Shown one piece after another: positions 17,452 to 26,670 of a DNA stretch of 32,000 nucleotides; within the stretch, counting starts at the first letter, position 1; the number at the start of each line of letters is the position of its first letter. The position numbers and the translations under genes are program-made. The notes under the pieces were generated by a model. The model was not told where the DNA came from. It saw only the letters and a list, made by a program, of their open reading frames with translations, and ran no database searches. This DNA comes from an uncultured bacterium (lineage in GTDB: Bacteria > Patescibacteriota > Gracilibacteria > UBA1369 > PNNO01): NCBI GenBank assembly GCA_963704705.1, contig OY969931.1, positions 960,001 through 992,000 on the forward strand. The letters are read 5' to 3'.

Positions 17452-19215
17452 ATGAAATTAAATACACGAAGAACAATTAGGTTTTACTGGAAACACGCCA
17501 AAAAATTTAAAATTCATTTGGTTGTTATGCTTATGACTGCAATTATAGCTGCCAGTGCAGATTTAGTTGCACCATACTATTATAAACTAATGTTCGATTT
17601 AATATCAGAAGGAGGATTAAAAAGTGAAATTGCCCAACAAGCAATTATTTACCTGTTATTTGCATTTGTATTCTTATTTATAAACTGGTTAATGTGGAGA
17701 ATTTCTGACTATTTTAATAGAAGATTCCAATCTGAAGCTATGGGTAATATGGCAAATGAATGTTTTGAAGTGATGCATCATCATTCTTACAACTTTTTTA
17801 CCAGTAATTTTAGCGGTTCTTTAGTAAAAAAAATAAATAGATTAGTTAGATCATTCGAAAATATCGCTGATAAGCTTTATTTCGATTTACTAACCCTGAT
17901 AGTGAAAGCTACAATAATTTTTTCTGTCTTATTTTATCTTCAGCCATTACTTGGAATCGCTATGGCAGTTTGGACTGCGTTGTTTGTTATATTTAATTTT
18001 ACTTATGCAAAATATAAATGGAAATATGACATAATTAGGGCAAAAGCTGATACAAAATCAACTGCTAGGCTTGCTGATACCATAACAAACTCAATCACAA
18101 TTAAACTTTTTGCAGGTTTAAAATATGAAATCAAAAAGTTTAAAGAAATAATAAACGATTTAGTTAAAAAGACACAAAAAGCATGGTTTATGAGTGAAAT
18201 TGCAAATGCAACCCAACATTTTGCAATGGTATTATTAAATTTAGTTATCTTTTTTATCGCAATCAATCTTTGGGAAAAAGGAGTTTTGACTATTGGAGAT
18301 TTTGTTTTGATTCAGGTTTATTTATTCTCTTTATTTGAAAAAATCTGGGGATTTGGTCGTGTTATAAGAGATTTATACAGAAACATGGCTGATGCTGAAG
18401 AAATGATTGAAATCCTGCATACAAAATCTGAAATTGAAGATGTAAAAAATGCCAAAAAGCTCAGGGTAGTCAGAGGTAAAATTGAATTTCAAAAAATCAG
18501 ATTTTCTTATGATAAAACAGTGAAAGTTATAAAAAAACTGGATCTTAATATTAAGCCAGGTGAAAAAATAGCTTTAGTTGGTCCGTCTGGCGGAGGCAAA
18601 TCAACAGTTACTAAATTGATATTGAGATTCTTTGATATTCAGAGAGGTAAAATTTTAATTGACGGTCAAAATATTAAAAGCGTTACTCAGGACAGTTTGA
18701 GATCACAAATAAGTCTTGTTCCACAGGACCCAATACTGTTTCATAGAACGCTCAATGAAAATATTAAATATGGAAGAAGGGATGCTGCTGATGAAGAAGT
18801 TATAGCTGCGGCAAAACTTGCAAATTGCCATGAATTTATTCAGAAATTACCTAAAAAATATGAGACATATGTTGGTGAAAGAGGTATTAAACTCTCAGGA
18901 GGTGAACGTCAGAGAGTAGCTATAGCACGCGCAATTTTAGCAAATAATCCGATACTTATATTAGATGAAGCAACTTCAAGTCTTGATTCTTATTCTGAAA
19001 GTCAGATTCAAAATGCTTTGATAAATTTAATGAAAAATAAAACTACTTTAATAATCGCGCACAGGTTATCAACGATTATGAGCGCAGATAGAATTATTGT
19101 ATTCCAGGACGGTGATATCGTTGAATCAGGTACACACGCTGATTTAATATCAGATAAAACAGGACTATACAAAAAACTTTGGGACTTACAAAGCGGAGGT
19201 TATGTTAAATCTTAA
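17452..19215 (+). CDS. ABC exporter, fused TM-ATPase (MsbA/ABCB-like half transporter)
   Basis: 587 aa. Walker A GPSGGGKST, LSGGERQRVAIARAI signature, ILDEATSSLD Walker B, N-terminal TM region. Confidence 0.95.
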   Translation: MKLNTRRTIRFYWKHAKKFKIHLVVMLMTAIIAASADLVAPYYYKLMFDLISEGGLKSEIAQQAIIYLLFAFVFLFINWLMWRISDYFNRRFQSEAMGNMANECFEVMHHHSYNFFTSNFSGSLVKKINRLVRSFENIADKLYFDLLTLIVKATIIFSVLFYLQPLLGIAMAVWTALFVIFNFTYAKYKWKYDIIRAKADTKSTARLADTITNSITIKLFAGLKYEIKKFKEIINDLVKKTQKAWFMSEIANATQHFAMVLLNLVIFFIAINLWEKGVLTIGDFVLIQVYLFSLFEKIWGFGRVIRDLYRNMADAEEMIEILHTKSEIEDVKNAKKLRVVRGKIEFQKIRFSYDKTVKVIKKLDLNIKPGEKIALVGPSGGGKSTVTKLILRFFDIQRGKILIDGQNIKSVTQDSLRSQISLVPQDPILFHRTLNENIKYGRRDAADEEVIAAAKLANCHEFIQKLPKKYETYVGERGIKLSGGERQRVAIARAILANNPILILDEATSSLDSYSESQIQNALINLMKNKTTLIIAHRLSTIMSADRIIVFQDGDIVESGTHADLISDKTGLYKKLWDLQSGGYVKS

Positions 19216-19727
19216 ACTTCCTTTTCCATATAATCCATATCTTCCTCCCTCTTTTGAATTTCATTGAAAGCTTTTGTTTTATTTTTTATTTTAAATCCGC
19301 TTTTTTTATAAACTTTATGCGCTCCAATATTATTAATATGACATGTTAAATTTATTTTTTTTGCGCCTTTAACTTCTTTTAAATATTTTGTTGCAACCTT
19401 AAAAACATCAGTACCATAGCCTTTTCCCCATTCATCTTTCTCGCCTATTACAATACCAATTCTTAAATTTTTATCGGAATTGTCAAGTTCATGGAAACCA
19501 ACGTTACCTATTAATTTATCATTTTCTTTAATAAAAATACTCCACACCTCTTCATTGGGATTATTTTGAATCTTATTTATCCATTCGACTTCTTCCTCAA
19601 CTTTTTTTGGAGGTTTAATTCCAACCATATACCTATTTACTTCAGGATCGTTCACCCATTTCATAAAAATTTCTGCATTTTCAACTGATATTGGTTTTAA
19701 ATAAATCCTTTCACCTTCAAGTTTCAT
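19212..19727 (-). CDS. GNAT N-acetyltransferase (RimJ/RimL-like)
   Basis: LEGERIYLKPISVENAEIF..WVNDPEVNRYM, IVIGEKDEWGKGYGTDV, INNIGAHKVYKKSGF. Confidence 0.9.
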   Translation of the reverse strand: MKLEGERIYLKPISVENAEIFMKWVNDPEVNRYMVGIKPPKKVEEEVEWINKIQNNPNEEVWSIFIKENDKLIGNVGFHELDNSDKNLRIGIVIGEKDEWGKGYGTDVFKVATKYLKEVKGAKKINLTCHINNIGAHKVYKKSGFKIKNKTKAFNEIQKREEDMDYMEKEV

Positions 19728-19728
19728 A

Positions 19729-20241
19729 TTAATTTAAAATATAAATTAAATAAGTTAAATAAGTTGCAAAACCAACCCATAATAAATAAGGGAGTAAAAG
19801 TAATGATGCAACTTTAGAATGGCGCCAAATTAAAATCATTAATATTAATGTTGTTGCTTCAAGAATGAGCATTTCAATTAAAGCCGGAAAAATTAAATGA
19901 AATGTAAAAAATAATAAACTCCATAATGCATTCAAAATTGCATTTGCAATAAAAAATCCAATAATTAAATTAAAATCATATGTTTTTCTTTTAAAAATTA
20001 CTAAATATCGTTCTTCAAATTGCGGCTTATTCCAAACCATTAATGCAGTAATTGTTGCGAGAATAAATATAGTTGTCCATGCAATAGGGAATAAATAATT
20101 TGGTGGAGCTAAATCCGGTCTTATAAGCTCGGATTGATACCATGGCATACCAAAAGAATTAAACCAACTGCCCAATAATGCAACAACAATTGTAATTAAT
20201 GGAATAATTACGAAATTTTTTTTGAAAGTAAATGAACTCAT
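19729..20241 (-). CDS. TspO/MBR family tryptophan-rich membrane protein
   Basis: 170 aa. WYQSELIRPDLAPPNYLFPIAWTTIFILATITALMVW, NALWSLLFF, LLPYLLWVGFATYLTYLIYILN. Confidence 0.88.
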   Translation of the reverse strand: MSSFTFKKNFVIIPLITIVVALLGSWFNSFGMPWYQSELIRPDLAPPNYLFPIAWTTIFILATITALMVWNKPQFEERYLVIFKRKTYDFNLIIGFFIANAILNALWSLLFFTFHLIFPALIEMLILEATTLILMILIWRHSKVASLLLLPYLLWVGFATYLTYLIYILN

Positions 20242-20287
20242 AAATTTTTTATTAATTAATTACATTATATTCATAATGATTTTAAAA

Positions 20288-20318
20288 AAATACCCCTTTA
20301 TATAAAAAAGGGGTATTT
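20288..20318 (-). terminator. Intrinsic terminator for the H1-like gene
   Basis: AAATACCCC (20288-20296) / GGGGTATTT (20310-20318). On the minus strand the stem runs into TTTTTTT. Confidence 0.8.
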
Positions 20319-20336
20319 CATTATTAAAAAAAACTA

Positions 20337-20519
20337 CTATTTTCTTTTTGTAGTTTTTTTCTTAGCAGCAGTTTTCTTTTTTGGAGCAGCTTTCTTTTTT
20401 GGAGCTGCTTTCTTAACAGCTTTCTTTACCATCTTTTTAGGAGCTGCCTTTTTTTTAGGAGCTGCTTTTTTTACCATTTTTTTAGCTGGCTTTTTAGCCG
20501 CTTTTTTCTTAACTGGCAT
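20337..20519 (-). CDS. Histone H1-like Lys/Ala/Pro-rich DNA-binding protein
   Basis: 60 aa: MPVKKKAAKKPAKKMVKKAAPKKKAAPKKMVKKAVKKAAPKKKAAPKKKTAAKKKTTKRK. Confidence 0.85.
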   Translation of the reverse strand: MPVKKKAAKKPAKKMVKKAAPKKKAAPKKMVKKAVKKAAPKKKAAPKKKTAAKKKTTKRK

Positions 20520-20648
20520 AGTTGATATTTTTTAAATAATACATATCGAAACAATTATGTTCTTTTTAAAAAATAAATCAATATAAAAATGCATAAATAG
20601 CAAATTTATGTTTGTATAAATTTTGAATTATATTAAAAGAATTTTATT

Positions 20649-20680
20649 AAATACCCCTTGTAAACAGTCACGGGGTATTT
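20649..20680 (-). terminator. Terminator-like hairpin downstream of the 32-aa Cys-rich ORF
   Basis: AAATACCCC (20649-20657) / GGGGTATTT (20672-20680), extendable to TTAAATACCCC/GGGGTATTTAA. A/U-rich downstream but no long U run. Confidence 0.55.
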
Positions 20681-20690
20681 AATTTGTATT

Positions 20691-20789
20691 CTAATTAGTC
20701 CAAATAAATATTTTCTTCATCTCTAATTTTGGTGAATCACATTTAGGGCATAATGGACATTCTTCACCGCATGAACATTGATGTGTCAT
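20691..20789 (-). CDS. Candidate 32-aa Cys-rich microprotein (zinc-ribbon-like)
   Basis: Absent from the ORF track. Translates as MTHQCSCGEECPLCPKCDSPKLEMKKIFIWTN*, with CxCx3CxxCxxC. Upstream TTGATG-N17-TTTAAT (minus strand, 20837 to 20809); hairpin downstream. Confidence 0.5.
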   Translation of the reverse strand: MTHQCSCGEECPLCPKCDSPKLEMKKIFIWTN

Positions 20790-20857
20790 ATGTTGGTAGT
20801 TACTACTTATTAAAATTAAGATAGTTATTTGCATCAATTTATCTAAAATATATGCTA

Positions 20858-20886
20858 TTGACTATTTAACACATTCATTGTAAGAT
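20858..20886 (+). promoter_or_regulatory. Sigma70-like promoter upstream of the DEAD-box helicase
   Basis: TTGACT (20858-20863), 17-nt spacer, TAAGAT (20881-20886); ATG at 20922. Confidence 0.65.
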
Positions 20887-20921
20887 TATCTCTCGAACAA
20901 ATTAATAATTTTTTTCAAGCC

Positions 20922-22106
20922 ATGAAACGCAAATCATTTGGCGGTGGAAGAAGACCGTCACATTTTCAGAATAAGAAAAAATTCTCAAAAAAAGAGAGCA
21001 ATATTGATATAAGAAAATTTGTTAACAATGCAATTGAAACTGAAAAATCCGCTGAATATATTCCTAAATATAATTTTGAAGATTTTGAATTGGATAACAG
21101 ACTTAAAAGAAACATTATTTCTAAAGGTTATAAAAAACCTACTCCGATCCAGGATCAATCAATCCCTCATTTACTTAAAGGAATTGATATTGTTGGAATT
21201 GCAAATACCGGAACCGGTAAAACAGCAGCTTTTTTACTCCCATTACTTAATAAAGTAATTAAAGATCGTAAACAAAAAGTATTAATTTTAGCTCCTACAC
21301 GCGAACTTGCACTACAGATTGAAGAAGAATTCATAGCATTTGCTAAAACATTGGGAATTCATTCAGTACTTTGTATCGGAGGAACTAATATGGGTTTTCA
21401 AATAAGAAAATTGAAAAGAAATTATAATTTCTTAATAGGTACTCCAGGAAGAATTAAAGATTTATTAAACCGAAGACTGATAAACTTTAAATCTTTTAAT
21501 AATGTGATTATTGATGAAGCCGATAGAATGCTTGATATGGGATTTATTAATGATATCAAATTTCTATTATCCAATCTTCCTGAACAAAGACATTCACTTT
21601 TCTTTTCAGCAACAATTTCAAAGCAAATTGAAGAGTTGATATGCACTTTTCTTAATGAACCCTTGACTATCTCCGTTAAAGTGCGTGAAACAGCAGCAAA
21701 TGTTCAGCAGGATGTAATACATATTCTGCCTAATCAAACAAAAGTAGAAGTACTTCAAACCATTTTGCGTAAAGATGAATTCCGTAAAGTTTTAGTATTT
21801 GGCAGAACTAAACGCGGTGTGGATAGACTTTCTCAGGCACTTTTTAAAAAAGGATTTAAAGTGGATTGTATTCACGGAGACAAATCACAATCAAGCCGTC
21901 AGAGAGCTCTTCAAAACTTTAAAAAATATAAAGTACAAATACTTGTTGCTACTGATGTAGCTGCACGTGGTCTTGATATTGACGATGTAAGCCATGTAAT
22001 TAATTTTGATATTCCTAGTACCCACGAAGACTATATTCATAGAATTGGACGTACTGGGCGTGGCGATAAAAAGGGTATTGCGCTTACATTTATTGATAAA
22101 AAATAA
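20922..22106 (+). CDS. DEAD-box ATP-dependent RNA helicase
   Basis: PTPIQDQ, ANTGTGKT, PTRELA, VIIDEADRMLD, FSATI, DVAARGLDIDDV, HRIGRTGR. Confidence 0.96.
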   Translation: MKRKSFGGGRRPSHFQNKKKFSKKESNIDIRKFVNNAIETEKSAEYIPKYNFEDFELDNRLKRNIISKGYKKPTPIQDQSIPHLLKGIDIVGIANTGTGKTAAFLLPLLNKVIKDRKQKVLILAPTRELALQIEEEFIAFAKTLGIHSVLCIGGTNMGFQIRKLKRNYNFLIGTPGRIKDLLNRRLINFKSFNNVIIDEADRMLDMGFINDIKFLLSNLPEQRHSLFFSATISKQIEELICTFLNEPLTISVKVRETAANVQQDVIHILPNQTKVEVLQTILRKDEFRKVLVFGRTKRGVDRLSQALFKKGFKVDCIHGDKSQSSRQRALQNFKKYKVQILVATDVAARGLDIDDVSHVINFDIPSTHEDYIHRIGRTGRGDKKGIALTFIDKK

Positions 22107-22207
22107 ATACTTTCAAAATACATCCAATTTTAAATGTTCAAATGAATGTTTATGCTTTTAAGATACCCAAAAAAATGGTATAATAAAAAGAATAAAAATA
22201 AAAACAA

Positions 22208-23425
22208 ATGAAAGTATTAATGTTTGGGTGGGAATATCCGCCCAATAATAGTGGAGGTCTCGGAATTGCTTGTAAAGGAATTGTTGATGGATTGTTAGAA
22301 TCAGGGGTAAAGGTTAATTTGGTTTTACCTGATGATAATTCAGATATAATGCCTTCATTTTGTGTAAACTTAAAAAAAACAATTAATACCGAAAAGCTGA
22401 AAATTGTACCGATGAATCTATTAAACAGCTCGGTATATATTTCAAATGAAGAATATAGCAAAAAAATAAAATTATCAGGTTTGTTTAAACAATTCAGCAA
22501 ATCAAATAATCTGGTAGAAGATTCAGTGATTTATGGCAGCGTTGTTGGTAAAGTAGCTCTAAAAATTCCTCATGATGTAATTCATGCACATGACTGGCTA
22601 ACAATACCAGCAGGAATTGAAGCAAAAAAGCTTTCAAAAAAACCATTGATTATACATGTACACTCGACTGAATTTGATCGTTCTGGAGGAAATCCAAATC
22701 CTGCTGTATATAACATTGAAAAACATGGATTTGATAATGCTGATTTAATTGTGGCTGTAAGCAATTATACAAAACAAAAAATAATTGAATATTATGGTAT
22801 TCCGGAAGAAAAAATACGGGTTGTGCATAATGCAATAAATCAGGAAATTAAAGAACAATATCAACCGCACCCAATAAGTAAAAATAATAAAATTGTTTTA
22901 TTCCTAGGGCGAATTACTATTCAAAAAGGCCCGGATTATTTTGTTGAAATGGCCAGAAAAGTTCTTAATGAAATGAAAAATGTTAAATTTGTAATTGCGG
23001 GTAATGGGGACATGATGAATGAAATTATTTCAAAAGCAATTAAACTTGGTATTGAAAAAAATATTATTTTCACTGGTTTTTTAAAAGGAGGAGATGTTGA
23101 TAAAGCATTTCAGCAGGCTGATGTTTATGTAATGCCTTCAATTTCCGAACCGTTTGGACTTACCGCGCTTGAATCAATTCAAAACGGAACACCAGTTATT
23201 ATTTCAAAACAATCCGGTGTTAGTGAAGTTCTGTCTAATGTATTAAAAATTGATTTTTGGGATGTAAATGAAATGGCGAATAAAGTCATATCTATTCTTA
23301 AATATCCTGCTTTAGAAAAAAGTTTGAAAAATCAATCCAATGAAGAAATTAAAAAATTCTCATGGAAAAACGCAGCAAATAAACTTAAAAATTTATATAT
23401 TAACCTGACCAATAATCATGCATAA
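22208..23425 (+). CDS. Glycosyltransferase family 4 / glycogen-starch synthase-like
   Basis: MFGWEYPPNNSGGLGIACKGIVDGL, HAHDWLTIPAGIEAKK, RITIQKGPDYFVEMA, VMPSISEPFGLTALESIQNGTPVI. Confidence 0.88.
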   Translation: MKVLMFGWEYPPNNSGGLGIACKGIVDGLLESGVKVNLVLPDDNSDIMPSFCVNLKKTINTEKLKIVPMNLLNSSVYISNEEYSKKIKLSGLFKQFSKSNNLVEDSVIYGSVVGKVALKIPHDVIHAHDWLTIPAGIEAKKLSKKPLIIHVHSTEFDRSGGNPNPAVYNIEKHGFDNADLIVAVSNYTKQKIIEYYGIPEEKIRVVHNAINQEIKEQYQPHPISKNNKIVLFLGRITIQKGPDYFVEMARKVLNEMKNVKFVIAGNGDMMNEIISKAIKLGIEKNIIFTGFLKGGDVDKAFQQADVYVMPSISEPFGLTALESIQNGTPVIISKQSGVSEVLSNVLKIDFWDVNEMANKVISILKYPALEKSLKNQSNEEIKKFSWKNAANKLKNLYINLTNNHA

Positions 23426-24692
23426 GGATAAAAACACAAAAAGTGTCTGCATGTATTTTCAGGTTCATCAACCGTACAGATTAAGCAATTTCTCTCATTT
23501 TGATATTGGAGGAACAGATAAGAATTATTTTAATGGACCTTTAAATTTCGCTAATAAAGACATCTTTGAAAAAGTAGCTTTAAAATGCTATTTACCAACA
23601 AACAAAATACTTCTTGAACTTCTGAATAAATATCCTGAAATGAAGATCAGTTTTTCATTATCCGGGATATTTTTGGAACAATGTCTGGAATTTGGAGAAA
23701 TAGGAAAAAAAGTATTGGAAAGTTTTAAAGATTTGGCTAAAACTAAAAAAGTTGAATTTTTATCTGAAACATATCACCATTCACTTGCTTATTTTTATTC
23801 AAAAAAAGAATTTGCCGAACAAATATTGGAACATCGGGATTTAATTTATAAATTATTTAAAAAGAAAACAAATATTTTTAGAAATACTGAACTAATTTAT
23901 AATAATGAAATAGCAAATTTTATCCGCGAATTGGGTTTTAATGGGATATTAGCTGAAGGCTGGGATCCTGTTTTAAATGGAAAAAGTCCAAATCATGTTT
24001 ATGAACCCTTAAATTCTCAAATCCATAAAGCAGATAAAAAAATAGCAAACAAATATGCCATTCGAAAAAGAAAACCCAAAGATTTCAAACTACTTTTAAA
24101 AAATTATAAACTTTCGGATGATATTGCATTTAGATTTTCGCAAAAATCATGGGAAGGATATCCTTTAACAGCGGACAAATATGCTGCATGGGTTGACGCA
24201 ACCGAAGGAGACACAGTAAATCTGTTTATGGACTATGAAACTTTTGGAGAACATCAATGGGAAGATACAGGAATTCTTGAATTCTTAAAATTTTTACCCG
24301 GAGAACTACTTAAAAGAAATATCGGATTCAAAACACCCACTGAAACAATGAAAAATTATAAAAGTCATGGAGAAATAGATATTCACCATCCCCTTTCATG
24401 GGCTGATACAGAAAGAGATTTATCAGCATGGTTCGGAAATGATTTGCAGGAATCTGCAATTGCTTCTGTTTTTGAAATTGAACCTTTAATTAATAAAAAA
24501 AAATCAAAAGAATTAAAAAATGATTGGAGAAAACTTCAGACATCGGATCATTTTTATTATATGTGTACAAAATATTTCAATGATGGAGATGTACATAAAT
24601 ATTTCTCTCCTTATGAATCTCCTTATGATGCCTATATAAATTATATGAATATTCTTACAGATTTTAAAAATAACCTTGGATATAATGCCTAG
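23418..24692 (+). CDS. Glycoside hydrolase family 57 alpha-amylase-like
   Basis: CMYFQVHQPYRL, FSLSGIFLEQC, NTELIYNNEIANFIRELGFNGILAEGWD, FMDYETFGEHQW. Confidence 0.85.
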   Translation: MHKDKNTKSVCMYFQVHQPYRLSNFSHFDIGGTDKNYFNGPLNFANKDIFEKVALKCYLPTNKILLELLNKYPEMKISFSLSGIFLEQCLEFGEIGKKVLESFKDLAKTKKVEFLSETYHHSLAYFYSKKEFAEQILEHRDLIYKLFKKKTNIFRNTELIYNNEIANFIRELGFNGILAEGWDPVLNGKSPNHVYEPLNSQIHKADKKIANKYAIRKRKPKDFKLLLKNYKLSDDIAFRFSQKSWEGYPLTADKYAAWVDATEGDTVNLFMDYETFGEHQWEDTGILEFLKFLPGELLKRNIGFKTPTETMKNYKSHGEIDIHHPLSWADTERDLSAWFGNDLQESAIASVFEIEPLINKKKSKELKNDWRKLQTSDHFYYMCTKYFNDGDVHKYFSPYESPYDAYINYMNILTDFKNNLGYNA

Positions 24693-26670
24693 AAGCGCAG
24701 TAGTCGGAAACGGAAGTATGTTAGTTACATTTGATGATAATCTTCTTATCAGGGATTTATACTTCCCTCATGTGGGTCTTGAAGATCACACTTCATATCA
24801 GCATTTCCACAGATTCGGAATTTATGAAAACAATGAACTAAGCTGGCTTTATAACGGAGAATGGAAAAGTGAAGTCGGCTATATAAAAAACGCACTGACA
24901 ACACGAAGTAAAACAACAAATGAAAAATTGGGTTTGAGTTTAATTTTTAATGATTTTGTATATCCAACCAAAAACATTTTTATAAGAAAAATTGAATTAC
25001 ATAATCACAAAGATATTGATAGATACATCAAAGTCTTTGTTAATCAGGATTTTGATATGTATGGAAATAAACTTAAAGATACTGCATTAATGGATGCAGA
25101 TACACATGGAGTATTACATTATCGTCAGGAAAGATATTTTTTGGTTAACGGACAATCCAATTTCGGTGGAATTTCATCATATACAACAGGTAAAGCCGAA
25201 TATCTTGATTTTGAAGGAACATGGCGTGATGCTGAAGATGGAAAACTTGAAGAAAATCCAATTGATCAAGGCTCTGTTGATTCAACTATCGAATTTGAAA
25301 TGCATATTAAAGCCGGTGGATCCGAAGTTTTATATCTTTGGTATTGTGCAGGAAAAAACTATAAAAGAGTTAAATTTTTAAATGATTATGTTTTAAAAAA
25401 TACACCCGAACGTTTACTGGAAAATGCGATTCATTACTGGCGAAGTTGGGTAAATAAAAGTCATCAGCTTGAATCAATCGACCTTTCCGACAACACGAAA
25501 GCTTTATTTAAAAGAAGTCTGCTTACGATTAGAACCCAAATTGATAACGAAGGAGGAATTATTGCTGCAAACGATTCAGACATTATGAAATTTAATAAAG
25601 ATACCTATACATATGTTTGGCCTCGCGACGGCGCATATGTTTGTTATGCATTGGATGATGCAGGATATGGTGAAATAAGTGAACGTTTCTATAGATTTTG
25701 TGCAAAAGTAATTACAGAAGATGGATATTTATTACATAAATATAATCCTGACGGTTCATGGGGTTCTTCATGGCATCCATGGATAGATAAAAATGGGGAA
25801 AAGATTTTACCAATACAGGAAGATGAAACAGCGCTTGTGCTTAGATCTATCTGGCACAATTATCAAAAATATCAGGATATTGAATTTTTACAGGAGATAT
25901 ATAATTCATTTGTTTTTAAAGCAGCCGGCTTTTTAATTAAATTTATTGATAGAAAAACAGGTCTACCTAAGCCAAGTTATGATTTATGGGAAGAAAAAAG
26001 AAGTACCTTTGCATATACGGTTGCATCCACATATAGCGGATTAATTGCTGCAATTAATATTGCTGAAACATTGGGAAGACATGCAAAAGTACCTCAATAT
26101 AAAAGAGCTGCAAAAAAAATTAAAAGTGTTTTTGATACTTATTTTTATGATGAACAACTGAATAGATATATTAAAAGTGTTGATATTGAAGATGGTAAAA
26201 TTATTAATCGGGATATAACAATTGACGCAAGTATACTTTCTTTATCATTTCTTGAATTAATCGATCATGATGATCCAAAAATGGCTAACACCGTTAAAGC
26301 ATTACATGACGCTTTATGGGTAAATACTGATATTGGCGGCATTGCCAGATATCAAAATGATAATTATCAAAGGCCACCGGATACACAGGGTGTACCGGGA
26401 AATCCATGGATTATAACAACTTTATGGTACGCTGATTATTTAATTGTTACTGCTAAAGATTCCACTGACCTTCATAAAGCAAAAGAATTAATTGAATGGG
26501 CAGCAAGTCATGCTAATAAAGCCGGAATGTTGCCTGAACAAATTCATCCATATACAGGAGAACACCTTTCAGTGTCACCCTTAACATGGAGTCACGCAAG
26601 TTTTATTCAAACTCTAATTAATTATGATAAAAAGTGGCATGAATTTAACATACCACTTAATAAATTTTAA
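24685..26670 (+). CDS. Glycoside hydrolase family 15 glucoamylase-like
   Basis: YTYVWPRDGAYVCYALDDAGY, PDGSWGSSWHPWIDKNG, LPIQEDETALVLRSIWHNYQK, LPEQIHPYTGEHLSVSPLTWSHASFI. Likely ATG start at 24685, overlapping the GH57 stop. Confidence 0.9.
   Translation: MPRSAVVGNGSMLVTFDDNLLIRDLYFPHVGLEDHTSYQHFHRFGIYENNELSWLYNGEWKSEVGYIKNALTTRSKTTNEKLGLSLIFNDFVYPTKNIFIRKIELHNHKDIDRYIKVFVNQDFDMYGNKLKDTALMDADTHGVLHYRQERYFLVNGQSNFGGISSYTTGKAEYLDFEGTWRDAEDGKLEENPIDQGSVDSTIEFEMHIKAGGSEVLYLWYCAGKNYKRVKFLNDYVLKNTPERLLENAIHYWRSWVNKSHQLESIDLSDNTKALFKRSLLTIRTQIDNEGGIIAANDSDIMKFNKDTYTYVWPRDGAYVCYALDDAGYGEISERFYRFCAKVITEDGYLLHKYNPDGSWGSSWHPWIDKNGEKILPIQEDETALVLRSIWHNYQKYQDIEFLQEIYNSFVFKAAGFLIKFIDRKTGLPKPSYDLWEEKRSTFAYTVASTYSGLIAAINIAETLGRHAKVPQYKRAAKKIKSVFDTYFYDEQLNRYIKSVDIEDGKIINRDITIDASILSLSFLELIDHDDPKMANTVKALHDALWVNTDIGGIARYQNDNYQRPPDTQGVPGNPWIITTLWYADYLIVTAKDSTDLHKAKELIEWAASHANKAGMLPEQIHPYTGEHLSVSPLTWSHASFIQTLINYDKKWHEFNIPLNKF

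Noticed and set aside
13419-18266. ORFs 13419..13622, 16010..16231, 16228..16425, 18003..18266
   Set aside because: Antisense shadows of korA, pdxS and the ABC transporter.
20337-20519. Tandem nucleotide repeat or CRISPR-like array
   Set aside because: The periodicity comes from Lys/Ala/Pro codon repeats in the H1-like gene. There are no spacer-repeat units and no cas genes in the window.
21019-25381. ORFs 21019..21258, 21422..21646, 22150..22500, 22582..22764, 22650..22835, 25094..25381
   Set aside because: Out-of-frame or antisense shadows inside the helicase, GT4 and GH15 genes.
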